Part shown: positions 10,080-20,328 of the stretch, piece by piece
How positions within the stretch are numbered: the first letter of the stretch is position 1
Layout of the letters: the number at the start of each line of letters is the position of its first letter
Origin: an uncultured bacterium
GTDB taxonomy: Bacteria > Zixibacteria > MSB-5A5 > CAIYYT01
DNA: 64,000 nucleotides
Direction of reading: 5' to 3'
Assembly: GCA_963726455.1 (NCBI GenBank)
Contig: CAVSCK010000003.1
Span: 224,001-288,000 of the forward strand
Program-made: the position numbers and the translations under genes
Notes under the pieces: generated by a model
What the model was told of the DNA's origin: nothing
The model's input: the letters and a program-made list of their open reading frames with translations, nothing else
Database searches by the model: none

Positions 10080-11252
10080 CTACCTCCCCTGTCCCGGTTG
10101 AAAGCTCAGGACGAATGTCAAACCGAGTCCCTTCAGACTGCCAACGGTGTCGACATTGCCGGTGTAGTAACTGACCAGTGAACTCGCCGAAACATTCTCT
10201 GACAGCGCGTATCCCAGCCCGCCTCCAAAACCAACATAATGCGACTTGGGCAGGAAGAACGATGGATACAGATTTTTGTCGTATCCGTTGGCGCTCACGC
10301 TTTGATATTCCAGACGCCCCAGTATTCGCAGCTTCTCAGCGATCGGATACCCGCCGTTCGCGAACAATGTCACTTCATTCCTTCCCGACTTGAATTGCTC
10401 ATCGGAAAGCACCTGTTCGGCGTTCAGAATCTTGGCCTTGCCGCGCAGCATGATGGAAGTTCCGGCGCTGAAATTGAGCGTGCCGGAATACGAAAGTACC
10501 GCATTGATGATCGTAGCGAACCCCGCCTGAAACACGTCCTGGTCATCCGATTTGTCTTTCATGTAATATCGCAGATTGACATCGGCTGATGCTCCCCACG
10601 GTTGACCGTAGACGTCGAATCCGACCTTGCCGAAAACTTCATCACCGTACTTATACTTCACGTTGATGCTGTCCAGCGGCTGGAACTTGCCGTGATAAAG
10701 ATAGCCACCACCGAAATCCAGTCCGAAATTGCCCCACCGCGGCAGCGCATACCATTCGCCACCCAGATCGAGTCCCTGTCCGTAACGGCGAATCATGAAC
10801 TTACGCGACAAATCCGCAAGCTGCGCTGTCAGCAAGTACTGTTCCACCGTTAGCTTCTTCTTGCCCGTCGGCATATTCACGAAAAACGATGCGTTGCCCT
10901 TGTTGTCACCAAACACATAAGTCAATCTCAGCCGCGTGTCGTTCAACGCTGACAAACTCTGCTTGACATTATTCGCCGTGTTAGTGAACTCGAGGCGTGC
11001 GGTCGAACTCGCCAGTGTACCATTCAGGTCGAGGTGGAACCGCGCACTGAGTACTCCGGTCGCTGCCAGCCCGAAAACCCCCTGATTCAATTTCTGATCC
11101 TGGGCCGAAATCGAGCCGTTCACTTGCGGCAGAGTCAACTTCCAATTCTGATACATATAGAAAATCGACACGTGGTTTTGTTCTGCGGCGTTCGCCATCG
11201 AAACCAGCATGGACGCCATTAGCACCAAAGCGGTCATTATTCTGTTCTTCAT
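10080..11252 (-). CDS. Outer-membrane beta-barrel protein, unknown function
   Basis: Sec signal MKNRIMTALVLMASMLVSMANA, alternating amphipathic strands, C-terminal GLTFVLSF; ATG 11252 with GGAGG RBS. Confidence 0.75.
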   Translation of the reverse strand: MKNRIMTALVLMASMLVSMANAAEQNHVSIFYMYQNWKLTLPQVNGSISAQDQKLNQGVFGLAATGVLSARFHLDLNGTLASSTARLEFTNTANNVKQSLSALNDTRLRLTYVFGDNKGNASFFVNMPTGKKKLTVEQYLLTAQLADLSRKFMIRRYGQGLDLGGEWYALPRWGNFGLDFGGGYLYHGKFQPLDSINVKYKYGDEVFGKVGFDVYGQPWGASADVNLRYYMKDKSDDQDVFQAGFATIINAVLSYSGTLNFSAGTSIMLRGKAKILNAEQVLSDEQFKSGRNEVTLFANGGYPIAEKLRILGRLEYQSVSANGYDKNLYPSFFLPKSHYVGFGGGLGYALSENVSASSLVSYYTGNVDTVGSLKGLGLTFVLSFQPGQGR

Positions 11253-11262
11253 GCCATCCTCC

Positions 11263-12552
11263 CTATCGAACGCTTCCGGAAACGGTCGCCGAGCCCGAGC
11301 CACTGGTGGGTGACGGAATGTCTTGATGCCTGGGGTCGGTCTCCGGGCCGGATATCTCAAACAACTCGTCGTCCGCTCGATTTCCACCGTTGGTTTGCGA
11401 ATTCAATCCCGCCAATACTGCGACACTGAATCGCTGCAAGTCCGTCGAACCCGCCTGCATCAGTACTGCCTGTCCGTGAAATTCCTTTGCCAACCCAAAT
11501 GATGGATCAATCCGGGCCGCTTCCTTGAAGAAATTGTCTGCCAGCGCATATTCGCCGCGGTCGAATTGTTCGACACCATGTCCGAACGCGAGAAACGCAT
11601 TGTAGGAATCGGTAGGTGCTTTTTTCAGATCGCGCAGCGCCGAGCCGGTGACCTTGATTCCCAGACTGTCAAGCACCGCCAGCGTCAATTGCTTCTGAAC
11701 GCTGATCGCCTTGGAAAACTGATCCTGCGTATTGTACGCCGGGCTATATGACCCCGCTGTCGTATTGATCAATCCACCTTGCATATCAAGCTTCTCCGGC
11801 GCCGGCGAATTAAGGTTGGCAGTCACCAGATTCTGTGCCCTGACTATCTTGCCGAAACGCGGCCCCGAATCCTTCGCCGTGAAACCCGTGCTGGAGGCCT
11901 GTAGTTCATCATTGATGTAATTCATTTTCAGGCGCTCGACGACTTGCAGTTCCTTGACCGTCGACAGGTCATACCACATCGCGGCGGCCATACCATCCGC
12001 CAGGGCACGAACGTCGTCCGATGATTTTTGCGGCACGGTGAACGGCAGCACTCCTACCGTCTTGCCGGTACCGGTCTCTGTCGCCAACGATTTTTCGCTC
12101 TTGATCGCATCGTCAACGTCGTGTCGCATTTGCTCGTTCTGCACGTAAAGCAACCGTCCCCTGATTTGCGGCGCCATGCTTGAATTCTTGTTGGCCGCCA
12201 GATACTTGCCATACAAATCCGCCGCCGTCTTGTAATCCTTCTTGTTTTCGGCGATCATTCCGAGATAAAGAATCACCGTGCCGTCGTGAGGAATCTTCGT
12301 TTGCGCGCCCTTCAGCAGCTTTTCTGACTGATCGTAGTCGCCCTGATGAAAGTAGATCTGCCCCATCGACCGCTGTACCTGCGGATCGTTCGGCCTTTGC
12401 TGCAGTGCCTGCTCGAAATATGCCAGCGCCTGCTGATAATTCTGGTGCTTAAGCGCCTGATTCCCCTGAGCGACATAGCTCTGGCTGCAACTGACTGTGA
12501 GAATCAGTGCTAATCCGGTAAGAACAAGTGCAACTGTTTTGGCTATTGCCAT
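11263..12552 (-). CDS. TPR-repeat lipoprotein with CsgG/FlgO (TolB-N-like) domain
   Basis: Lipobox LTVSC, three TPRs, TVGVLPF...DLSTVKELQVVER, then PTDSYNAFLAF plus a further TPR; ATG 12552 with GGAGG RBS. Confidence 0.8.
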   Translation of the reverse strand: MAIAKTVALVLTGLALILTVSCSQSYVAQGNQALKHQNYQQALAYFEQALQQRPNDPQVQRSMGQIYFHQGDYDQSEKLLKGAQTKIPHDGTVILYLGMIAENKKDYKTAADLYGKYLAANKNSSMAPQIRGRLLYVQNEQMRHDVDDAIKSEKSLATETGTGKTVGVLPFTVPQKSSDDVRALADGMAAAMWYDLSTVKELQVVERLKMNYINDELQASSTGFTAKDSGPRFGKIVRAQNLVTANLNSPAPEKLDMQGGLINTTAGSYSPAYNTQDQFSKAISVQKQLTLAVLDSLGIKVTGSALRDLKKAPTDSYNAFLAFGHGVEQFDRGEYALADNFFKEAARIDPSFGLAKEFHGQAVLMQAGSTDLQRFSVAVLAGLNSQTNGGNRADDELFEISGPETDPRHQDIPSPTSGSGSATVSGSVR

Positions 12553-13000
12553 ACGCCATCCTCCTTGCAGCATTCGCGAGACTTCTGCCTCTGAATTGAT
12601 GCACCAACTTTTTCCACGAATTTTACATCCGTCGTCTAAATCGCCCCGATCGGCCGTCATGGACCGAATCCATTTGATCTATGTGAGACGAGCGTCAGAC
12701 AGTTCTGATCTGCAGCTCTTGGCAGAATTACGGAATCTGACGCCGATAGCGCAACCTAAATATATCCGTTAAGAGTGAATCAGTTGTGCGACTGTTTTCA
12801 AACCACGGTTGGCTATGCTTTGCCCATCCGCCGAGTGCAATTGTAATCCTCTGCCCTGCTTCACGGGCCGGGGGTCGAGGGAACGTCAGTAAGCACCAGG
12901 CAACAGATTTGACTGAAGCGTTACTTAGTGATCGATGTGGCGAAAAAGGCGCAGACAGGTTAGATTCACTTGTCAAGGTTGAGTCAGATAGGGAGAATTT

Positions 13001-14359
13001 GTGTTGTCCGAAAGACTTAAGCGCTGGCGCCATACAGCTATTCCCCTGCCTTTCAAGTATGGCCGCCGGTTCCGCGAGGTATTTCGATTCCTGCAGGAGC
13101 ATCAAAACATGAGTCGCGACGAAATTGCGGCCTACCAGTGGCGGCGACTTCAGGAATTGATCGAGTACGCTCATGCTCACGTGCCTTTCTATCAGCGTCG
13201 CTTCCGGGAAATCGGGCTTCACCCCGGCGATATCAAAACTTCAGATGACTTTGCGCGGATCCCTTGTTTGACACGCGACGAGGTTATCCGGCATGTCGAA
13301 GAGCTCAAGTCCGATGAGTTTGAGCGCTTGCGACCGGTGCAAACCGTCACCAGCGGGACGAGCCGCGATCGTCTAAAGGTGTTTCGATCGGCTGACGCCG
13401 AGGTCTGGCGAAAGGCAATCATGTGGCGCCACTTTTTCAATATCGGCTATCACTTTCGCGAACCTCGCGCACAGTTCACCGGGACGTTACGATTCCTGAC
13501 TGACCACGACCAGATGCCCATCGATTACAACGAGAATCTCCTGATGATCGAGCAGTTCAGTATTCGACGCGACCATGCTCCGGCGATCTACGCAAGAATG
13601 AAGGAATTTGCTCCTAAGCTCATCTACTGCCAACCGGCCAACCTCTCGGGTTTGCTCCTGCTGTTCCAAGAATGCGGGCTCAAGCCCTTTCACGTCCCCA
13701 TCGTGTATACCACCGGCGAAATGATTTACCCGCAGTATCGCCGGGTAATCGAGTCGTTTCTGGGCAGCCGGATTGTCGATTACTATGGCAATCGCGAGAA
13801 CACAGTGGCTGCGATGCAAATGTCGGACGGCCGCAAATACGTCCAAAGTGAGTACTGCTATCTGGAGTTTGTTGACGACACGGGAAGCAGAGTTAAAGAT
13901 CGCCCGGCCGACATTGTGGCGACTTCGTTGGTCAACCGCGCATTCCCGTTGATTCGCTATCATACCGATGACCTCGGGATCGATTGCGGATATCCGGCGG
14001 ACTCAGTAGCCAACTACCCGGTGATGTCGATCACGGGCGGTCGAGGGAAGGACTTGATCCTGACGCGCTCTGGTCTGATGTGCCCGCAAGTCGAGTTCAA
14101 GACTGGCGCTGAGAAGTTCCAACGAGTACGAGTGGAACAGCTAAAGATCGATCATCTGCACGTCACCTATGTTCCGACCAAAGCTTTCGCGGGTGACGAT
14201 GACGAGGTATACTTGCGGCGCGTCTACCAGGATTATTTTGGCAGCGAATTTCGCGTCACGATCAACCGCGTAGCCGAGATCCCGCCGACTCCCTCTGGGA
14301 AAAACAAGCTTTATGTCTCGCAACTCGCGATGGACTACCTGCGCGAACGCCGATCTTAG
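13001..14359 (+). CDS. Phenylacetate-CoA ligase/CapK-like adenylate-forming enzyme
   Basis: LQELIEYAHAHVPFY, TSGTS, DYYGNRE, ATSLVNRAFPLIRYHTDD and IPPTPSGK. Confidence 0.85.
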   Translation: MLSERLKRWRHTAIPLPFKYGRRFREVFRFLQEHQNMSRDEIAAYQWRRLQELIEYAHAHVPFYQRRFREIGLHPGDIKTSDDFARIPCLTRDEVIRHVEELKSDEFERLRPVQTVTSGTSRDRLKVFRSADAEVWRKAIMWRHFFNIGYHFREPRAQFTGTLRFLTDHDQMPIDYNENLLMIEQFSIRRDHAPAIYARMKEFAPKLIYCQPANLSGLLLLFQECGLKPFHVPIVYTTGEMIYPQYRRVIESFLGSRIVDYYGNRENTVAAMQMSDGRKYVQSEYCYLEFVDDTGSRVKDRPADIVATSLVNRAFPLIRYHTDDLGIDCGYPADSVANYPVMSITGGRGKDLILTRSGLMCPQVEFKTGAEKFQRVRVEQLKIDHLHVTYVPTKAFAGDDDEVYLRRVYQDYFGSEFRVTINRVAEIPPTPSGKNKLYVSQLAMDYLRERRS

Positions 14360-14543
14360 TCTTCAGCGACGCAGTCTGCATAAACCAATTTATGAACCAC
14401 TTGAACCGAAATTCGTCTGCTCACATACGCGAACCCCAGCCAGGAATCAGCAAGCTGATTGCCGTCGCTGAATCTGCTACGTAAAGGGGTTTGAGCTAAG
14501 ATGCAGTTTGGGAAACTTGTCTCGAATTGAGAGGAGATCTAAG

Positions 14544-14618
14544 GGTGGGTGATGGGTTTCGAACCCACGACCTTCAGGGCCACAACCTGACGCTCTAACC
14601 AGCTGAGCTACACCCACC
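14544..14618 (-). tRNA. tRNA-His(GTG), G-1 encoded, CCA not encoded
   Basis: Cloverleaf GGTGGGTGTAGCTCAGCTGGTTAGAGCGTCAGGTTGTGGCCCTGAAGGTCGTGGGTTCGAAACCCATCACCCACC. Confidence 0.96.
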
Positions 14619-14714
14619 GTGCAGCTTATTTGCGCTGTTTCCAGCACGTGGATGCCCAATATACATTCCCCGGCGGCGGCTCGCAACGCCAAAAATTGGT
14701 CCGCCGAGCCCGCC

Positions 14715-15620
14715 TCAGGGCGTAAACCAGCCGAATCCGAAATCCTTGACGATCTGCAGGAATTCCTGGTTTCGCTCCACCATCAGATCGGCCTGATAGT
14801 GAAGCCCAAAGTAGTTTTGCACGGCGTTGAAGTAACCGTGCTGCCGAACGTCCTCCAGGCACTTACGGGCGAAGTCCTCGCCCTGCAGCGCTCGACAGAC
14901 CCTGTCCATGGTCTCCATTCGTTGCGGCGTGATTTCCTTCTTCCATGCCGGGTATTTGCTCTCGTATGCCGCCAGCAATTCGCCGTCCGACATTTCGCGG
15001 TATTTCCCTTCGTGCACTACGACCGAAACGCCCAATTTCTTCTTGGGCTGCGGCCGCACTTTCGGGTAGCCCAAAGACAGCAATACTACCGGAAATACTC
15101 CTTGCGGCAATTCGAAAAGATTCTTCAGTTCCCGAAAACACTCCAGCACGGTTCCGACATACACTGAGCCAAGCCCCAATGCATCCGCGGCCGTACAAAT
15201 ATTTTGCGCCGCGATAATGGTATCTTGAAAGGAAATCCAGAAATGCCGGAATGACCTATTTGCCGCGAACGGCGCCACCTGTAAATCTGCCCAGCGCTGG
15301 AGACGTCGCATATCTATGCAAAACAGCAGATTCACCGGCGCCGAGGCAATGAATGTCTGGCCTTCGTTCAGTTCGGCCAGCAACGTCTTGGTCTTCTGAT
15401 CCGCAATCTTAATGATCGAGTATGGCTGCAAATTGCCGCCGGTCGCCGAATGGATACCTGCCTCGAGTATCGATTGCAGAACGTCATCCGGAATTTGCTC
15501 GTCGGAAAAACTGCGGCAGCTCGACCGTTCGATCAATAGCTTCAGAGTCTCGTTTGGATACTGGTTCGTCACCGCATCATCAATTCCATGATGCGACAGC
15601 TCGTTTGAATCGTCAGCCAT
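14715..15620 (-). CDS. Nitroreductase family (NfsA-like) protein
   Basis: ERSSCRSF, SATGGNLQPYSII, DTIIAAQN..AADALGLGSVYVG and LSLGYP. Confidence 0.9.
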   Translation of the reverse strand: MADDSNELSHHGIDDAVTNQYPNETLKLLIERSSCRSFSDEQIPDDVLQSILEAGIHSATGGNLQPYSIIKIADQKTKTLLAELNEGQTFIASAPVNLLFCIDMRRLQRWADLQVAPFAANRSFRHFWISFQDTIIAAQNICTAADALGLGSVYVGTVLECFRELKNLFELPQGVFPVVLLSLGYPKVRPQPKKKLGVSVVVHEGKYREMSDGELLAAYESKYPAWKKEITPQRMETMDRVCRALQGEDFARKCLEDVRQHGYFNAVQNYFGLHYQADLMVERNQEFLQIVKDFGFGWFTP

Positions 15621-15718
15621 ATTCGTACTTTCCTGTTGATAAGATCTCTTGGTCAGCCCCGTCCGGTCTTACAATAAACCGAATAAGCTGTAGGATGGCA
15701 ATACGGAAGATACTCCGG

Positions 15719-16126
15719 CTACAAACCCGACTGCCGGGAGAAATTGCGGATCATCATGCCGGTCGATCTGCATAGCCCCAGCTTCTCGTAAAATGGCTGC
15801 AATTCAGGGTCGCAGGTTAGATCAATCATATAGAAGTGTTCAAGCTGCGCCAGAAGTCGCTTTACCAGTTCCCGCCCGATCCCTCTGTTCCGATATTCCG
15901 GCAATACCTCGAGAAGCGGAATATAGGCACTCAGCACGTTGTCGCTGATCGCGTTGATGAAACCCACCACTCGCCCGTTCTCAGTGTCACGCGCCAGAAC
16001 AATTCGATAAGCTTCGGAAAGTATTTTGAAATGCATTTCCGGCGACGGTGGATTGGGCCAACCCACAAAGAATCCTTCGAGTTGTGTCGGTGAGATATTT
16101 TCGAGATTCGTTTGGTAGACGATCAT
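15719..16126 (-). CDS. GNAT family N-acetyltransferase
   Basis: LEVLPEYRNRGIGRELV and PFYEKLG; start at MIVYQ. Confidence 0.88.
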   Translation of the reverse strand: MIVYQTNLENISPTQLEGFFVGWPNPPSPEMHFKILSEAYRIVLARDTENGRVVGFINAISDNVLSAYIPLLEVLPEYRNRGIGRELVKRLLAQLEHFYMIDLTCDPELQPFYEKLGLCRSTGMMIRNFSRQSGL

Positions 16127-16137
16127 TCTTTTACCAT

Positions 16138-16629
16138 TCACAGAAACTTCTGCTGCCAGACCAGATCGAAATCCTGATCGAACTTTCTGCCCACGCGCCG
16201 AAACCTGCCGCATTCCACGAACCCGTTTTGCTTCTGGAAATTGATGCTCGCCTCATTTGGCGAGGACGCACAGCCAAGTATCGTGTCAACTCCCTGCGTT
16301 CTGGCATCGGCCTCCAGTTGCCTCATTACCCGGCTGCCCAGACCTTGCCGCGTGTGCTCCGGAAGAATAAAGATCGTGCCTTCTGCCGTACGCTCCAGTG
16401 TGTCCGCGAAATGATATGTCCTCAACAACGCAAACCCGACCACTGTACCCTCAGGAGACACTATCACATGCACCGGAAATCTGCCCGCCATCGCGCGCAA
16501 CCGCTCGAACAACGCCTCACCCATTTCCACCGACGGAAACGCCGCGAAACTTGTCCTGACAAAATGGTTGTATACACGCGTAATGGCATCGGCATCGGTT
16601 TCCTCGGCGCGTCGAATATCATATGGCAT
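16138..16629 (-). CDS. GNAT N-acetyltransferase (YncA/phosphinothricin acetyltransferase-like)
   Basis: ITRVYNHFV, PEHTRQGLGSR, NEASINFQKQNGF and VGRKF. Confidence 0.88.
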   Translation of the reverse strand: MPYDIRRAEETDADAITRVYNHFVRTSFAAFPSVEMGEALFERLRAMAGRFPVHVIVSPEGTVVGFALLRTYHFADTLERTAEGTIFILPEHTRQGLGSRVMRQLEADARTQGVDTILGCASSPNEASINFQKQNGFVECGRFRRVGRKFDQDFDLVWQQKFL

Positions 16630-16663
16630 ATATTGGTAACCCGTCCCTGGCTTGAATGATTCT

Positions 16664-18208
16664 CTATTTCAAACAGTTGGCGCCCGGCTCAGCGCCATCA
16701 TTAAAGATATAATTTATGAGATAGACTACGTCAGCAATTGTTATTCCTCCGTCGCAGTCGGAATCACCGGCCGTCATTGGCGGCGCCGAGCAATCAAGAA
16801 ATATGTAACAGATGAGGTATACGGCGTCGGCGATATCGATATCCCCCGATCCATCAGCATCTCCCGCCAGAACTTCCGCTCTGTCCATTATTTCGGTGAC
16901 CGTCTGCAACATGAATCCATAAAGAGACTCATCCAGCGGATAGTGATAATCATTCTTGAAAACGTCCGCCTGATCCTGCTTAAACGCTCCGCTTACAAGC
17001 GCAACAAAGAAGGTATGTTTTGCGGCGTCGTTTCCGTGAAACTCTATGCTATCCATCAATGGCGTCATCTCCGCCCGGAAACTGGGCTGCAACGGCGTGA
17101 AGAATCGCTTCGCAAAGCTGACTCCCGCACTATCTCGATATTTCATCCAAATCCCGTCGACAATACTTGCCGTTAGACTGTCGAAGTCCGCACCCCTGTC
17201 GATCCAGTTCTGCAGGTCATTATTGAACCAAAATCTTTGCTGCGCGATCACCACGCCTATCGAAGTGTCCGCTGCCGCACCCATCGGGAATCGGCCGGGG
17301 TCGTTCTGCATTTGCCACATCACCTCCATCGCCAGCGCCGAAGCGATGCCTTCGCTGTAGTGCCAGACGGGTCCCAGTCCGTTGCCGAATAAGTAGGACG
17401 GCCACGTGAAATTGTGTGCAATCTCGTGATACATAACGAACCACTGCGGCGAGCGCGGCGGCAGAAACGGCACCAGAAAACAATTCTGCCATTCGTTTCC
17501 GGCGATATTCCAGCCCAGTCGAAATGGATTACCTGAGATCCCACAAACGCGATTCTCCTCGCTCTCCGCAAAGTCGACCTCGATAATCTGCCTCGCGCTG
17601 TCGAACGGCAGCAGCCCCATATATTCGGCCTCCAAATCGTACGCATATTCATCAACCAGCGGGATTTGATACAACCCAACCTGCGACGCGATATCCTCAC
17701 CCTCTATTGTGGTCGGATACCACAGCAACGTGTGCTCTCCCGCTATCTCGACGAACGGCAAGTCATACTCCTGCGAAAGTACCCGCACAATGCAATTGTT
17801 CTGCACCAACTCACCGTTGAAATCCGCCCGCACCCAGGTTCCTATCTCGCCGGCGTACTCTGCCCGCAATGCCTGGACATATCCGCGCGAGTCGACGTTG
17901 ATCATCGTATTGTCGTAACCGTGAAACATGAGAGTGCCCGATTGCACGTTGCCAAACTGATCTTTGACAACCAGTGATTCAGCACTCACGCCACCCGGCG
18001 TCAGGTGCATATTGTAGGGGTACAGGTAGTGCCGGTTCGCCTTGCCGGCCGCGGCCCGTTCGCGGAACTGCGATGCCGGTTGATCATCTTCGCTCGTCAG
18101 GAAACATGAACTTCCTTGCGCCGGTCCACCGACAATGAGCGACAATAATCCTGTCGGGGTTATCGCGAGGATGAATATGACGATGATTCTGTACTGTGCT
18201 GATTTCAC
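16664..18208 (-). CDS. Secreted gluzincin-type metallopeptidase with C-terminal dockerin
   Basis: Signal peptide, Ig-like segment, HEIAH with downstream SEGIA, and duplicated dockerin repeats GDADGSGDIDIADAVYL and GDSDCDGGITIADVVYL. Confidence 0.8.
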   Translation of the reverse strand: MKSAQYRIIVIFILAITPTGLLSLIVGGPAQGSSCFLTSEDDQPASQFRERAAAGKANRHYLYPYNMHLTPGGVSAESLVVKDQFGNVQSGTLMFHGYDNTMINVDSRGYVQALRAEYAGEIGTWVRADFNGELVQNNCIVRVLSQEYDLPFVEIAGEHTLLWYPTTIEGEDIASQVGLYQIPLVDEYAYDLEAEYMGLLPFDSARQIIEVDFAESEENRVCGISGNPFRLGWNIAGNEWQNCFLVPFLPPRSPQWFVMYHEIAHNFTWPSYLFGNGLGPVWHYSEGIASALAMEVMWQMQNDPGRFPMGAAADTSIGVVIAQQRFWFNNDLQNWIDRGADFDSLTASIVDGIWMKYRDSAGVSFAKRFFTPLQPSFRAEMTPLMDSIEFHGNDAAKHTFFVALVSGAFKQDQADVFKNDYHYPLDESLYGFMLQTVTEIMDRAEVLAGDADGSGDIDIADAVYLICYIFLDCSAPPMTAGDSDCDGGITIADVVYLINYIFNDGAEPGANCLK

Positions 18209-18269
18209 GGCGATCGCCCTCCCTTCAAAGGCCCGCCATCAGTCGTGACTCGATCTTTCCCTTACGCGA

Positions 18270-19577
18270 CTAGATGCACAACGCGCAAGGCGCCGGTCCG
18301 CCCGAAAAGATATACTGGATCAGATAAACCGGATCTGAGATGTCAACGGAAGCATCGCAATTAGCGTCTCCAGTTGCCGGAGGGTTAGGCGAGGGACCGC
18401 CGGCGAAGATGTACTGGATTAGGAAGACGGCATCGGAAATGTCCACGTTGCCGTCAGCGTTCGCGTCCCCGCATATGAAAGAACACTGATCGGCCACTCC
18501 GTCACTGATATTCAGATCACAACCGCTTGAACCCGTCAGTGCGGAGTAACCCGGATCAAAGGCAACGCTCGTCTGGTCGCCCGCGAGCATCAGCAATGAT
18601 CCGGTGACAACCGCCCTGATCTCCCACGCGTGGCTATCCCGTATCGCAATCGGTGTGACTATTCCCGCCTGATTGGCGGCAATGCTTGCCAACGAAAGGT
18701 CCGTCGAGCCATCGGCGAGAATGAGTCGCAACAAACCTTGTGGATTGGACAGCACCGAATCGTCTGGCCCAAACGAATCAAAATCGAGAAATGCAGGCGA
18801 ATGGGCCAGGGATATTGTAAACTGCACCGAAAAGGGAGTCGGAGTATTAGGGTAATACCGGATGCCCTTGATGAAATTCCCCGTGAGTGCTCCTAATACG
18901 ATGTACCCGTATTGCGGCAGCGGTTGCAGACTAACTATCGAAACCGCTGAAATCGGCAGGTAGTCCGTCACAGCGATTCCTCCAGAGAGCGTAAAGAGCA
19001 TTACTACTATGTAGCCGTGATCAGTTCCCACGAAAAGCCGCGCCTTGCCGTCGGTAAATTCCGTTCCCGGAAGTTCCGCAGCACAGACAGCGCTCCCGTA
19101 TGTGCCCGAATCAACGGCGGGAGTATAGGTCGCAGCACCCCCCGCACTTGGTGTGCCGTCAGGACCGTAGGTGACCGGAATCGTGTAGAGCCGAAAGTCG
19201 CGGCAGACAATCCAAGGACTCGGTTCGATGCCTTTTGTCGGTGAGTTGCCAAAATGCCGTGCCCGCAGCACCTCAACCGGTTGCCACGACTTCAGCAGAT
19301 CGACGTTCAGCCGATTTCCCCTTTGGGCGCCGGATTGAGAGTTGAGCGTAATGATCTGCAATCCGTGCGTTTGAGTCAGGGCGTCGCGCCAGAGAATGAA
19401 AGGACTTGGTTCAACTCCCCGTGACGCAATTTGCACATGAGCCAGATCGATTGCCACGAAATGTGTGTCAGACACTTTCGCAAGAGCCGCACCTGCACAG
19501 AGGGATCGGCTGCTCCAACAGAATATAGCGAGGATTGACAGGATGACCGGAAACAGAATCGGTGAATACCACTTCAT
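18270..19577 (-). CDS. Secreted beta-rich protein with C-terminal dockerin
   Basis: Signal peptide; CGDANADGNVDISDAVFLIQYIF...GDANCDASVDISDPVYLIQYIF. Confidence 0.85.
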   Translation of the reverse strand: MKWYSPILFPVILSILAIFCWSSRSLCAGAALAKVSDTHFVAIDLAHVQIASRGVEPSPFILWRDALTQTHGLQIITLNSQSGAQRGNRLNVDLLKSWQPVEVLRARHFGNSPTKGIEPSPWIVCRDFRLYTIPVTYGPDGTPSAGGAATYTPAVDSGTYGSAVCAAELPGTEFTDGKARLFVGTDHGYIVVMLFTLSGGIAVTDYLPISAVSIVSLQPLPQYGYIVLGALTGNFIKGIRYYPNTPTPFSVQFTISLAHSPAFLDFDSFGPDDSVLSNPQGLLRLILADGSTDLSLASIAANQAGIVTPIAIRDSHAWEIRAVVTGSLLMLAGDQTSVAFDPGYSALTGSSGCDLNISDGVADQCSFICGDANADGNVDISDAVFLIQYIFAGGPSPNPPATGDANCDASVDISDPVYLIQYIFSGGPAPCALCI

Positions 19578-19687
19578 GACGCTCCCTCCCTGGCAGAAGA
19601 ACTATTCACATACAATAATATGCGCGCCGCTGCGCATCTAATCTCTCGAACTCAGGACGCTGTTTGTAGAATCGCTTTTCGAGTTAT

Positions 19688-20302
19688 CTACTTACAGTTT
19701 GCGCAAGGTGCGAGTCCATCATTGAAGATGTAGTTAATCAGATATACAACGTCGGCAATCGTGATTCCGCCATCGCAGTCGGCGTCTCCTGCGGCCATCG
19801 GGCTTGGCTCGGCACAATCCAGAAAGATGTAGCAAACCAAGTACACGGCGTCGGCGATATCAATGTCCCCTGTACCGTCGGCATCCCCGCAAAGATAATT
19901 CCAGCCGAAATTCTGCCAGAACCCTGATTGCAGGTTGTAGCTTCCCATCGTCGAGGTGCCGACTGCGGTCTGACCGATTGTGGAACCAAGTACGTATTGA
20001 CCCATCGTCTGTGTTCCACCGCCTGCCGCGACCACCTGCCAGTTGATTTGTTCTCCTGCTCGTGGCGACTTCGGACCTGAGTTGGGTTGCGAGCTTTGAC
20101 CTGTAATCGGAAATGCTCCCGCTTTTGGACTGGTATTCTCCTGTTGCTGCACCGTTTGATCGGTTGCCGGAATCGGCTGGGAGACGGAGCTACTGGCTTC
20201 TTTGGGCTGTTGAGTATTGTTCTTGGCGCCGAAGACAATTACGGCGCTGAAAAGCAATATCAATACCGTTAGCGCAACTGGGCGATTCTGCATCGGTTTC
20301 AT
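19688..20302 (-). CDS. Small secreted protein: P/Q/S linker, short Gly-rich beta module and dockerin
   Basis: Signal peptide; INWQVVAAGGG...GSTIGQTAVG...LQSGFW followed directly by the dockerin CGDADGTGDIDIADAVYL. Confidence 0.85.
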   Translation of the reverse strand: MKPMQNRPVALTVLILLFSAVIVFGAKNNTQQPKEASSSVSQPIPATDQTVQQQENTSPKAGAFPITGQSSQPNSGPKSPRAGEQINWQVVAAGGGTQTMGQYVLGSTIGQTAVGTSTMGSYNLQSGFWQNFGWNYLCGDADGTGDIDIADAVYLVCYIFLDCAEPSPMAAGDADCDGGITIADVVYLINYIFNDGLAPCANCK

Positions 20303-20328
20303 AATATTATTCTCCCTTGTGCTTATCT

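Noticed and set aside
16664-20302. True cellulosome
   Set aside because: No glycoside hydrolase, carbohydrate-binding module or multi-cohesin scaffoldin is recognisable.
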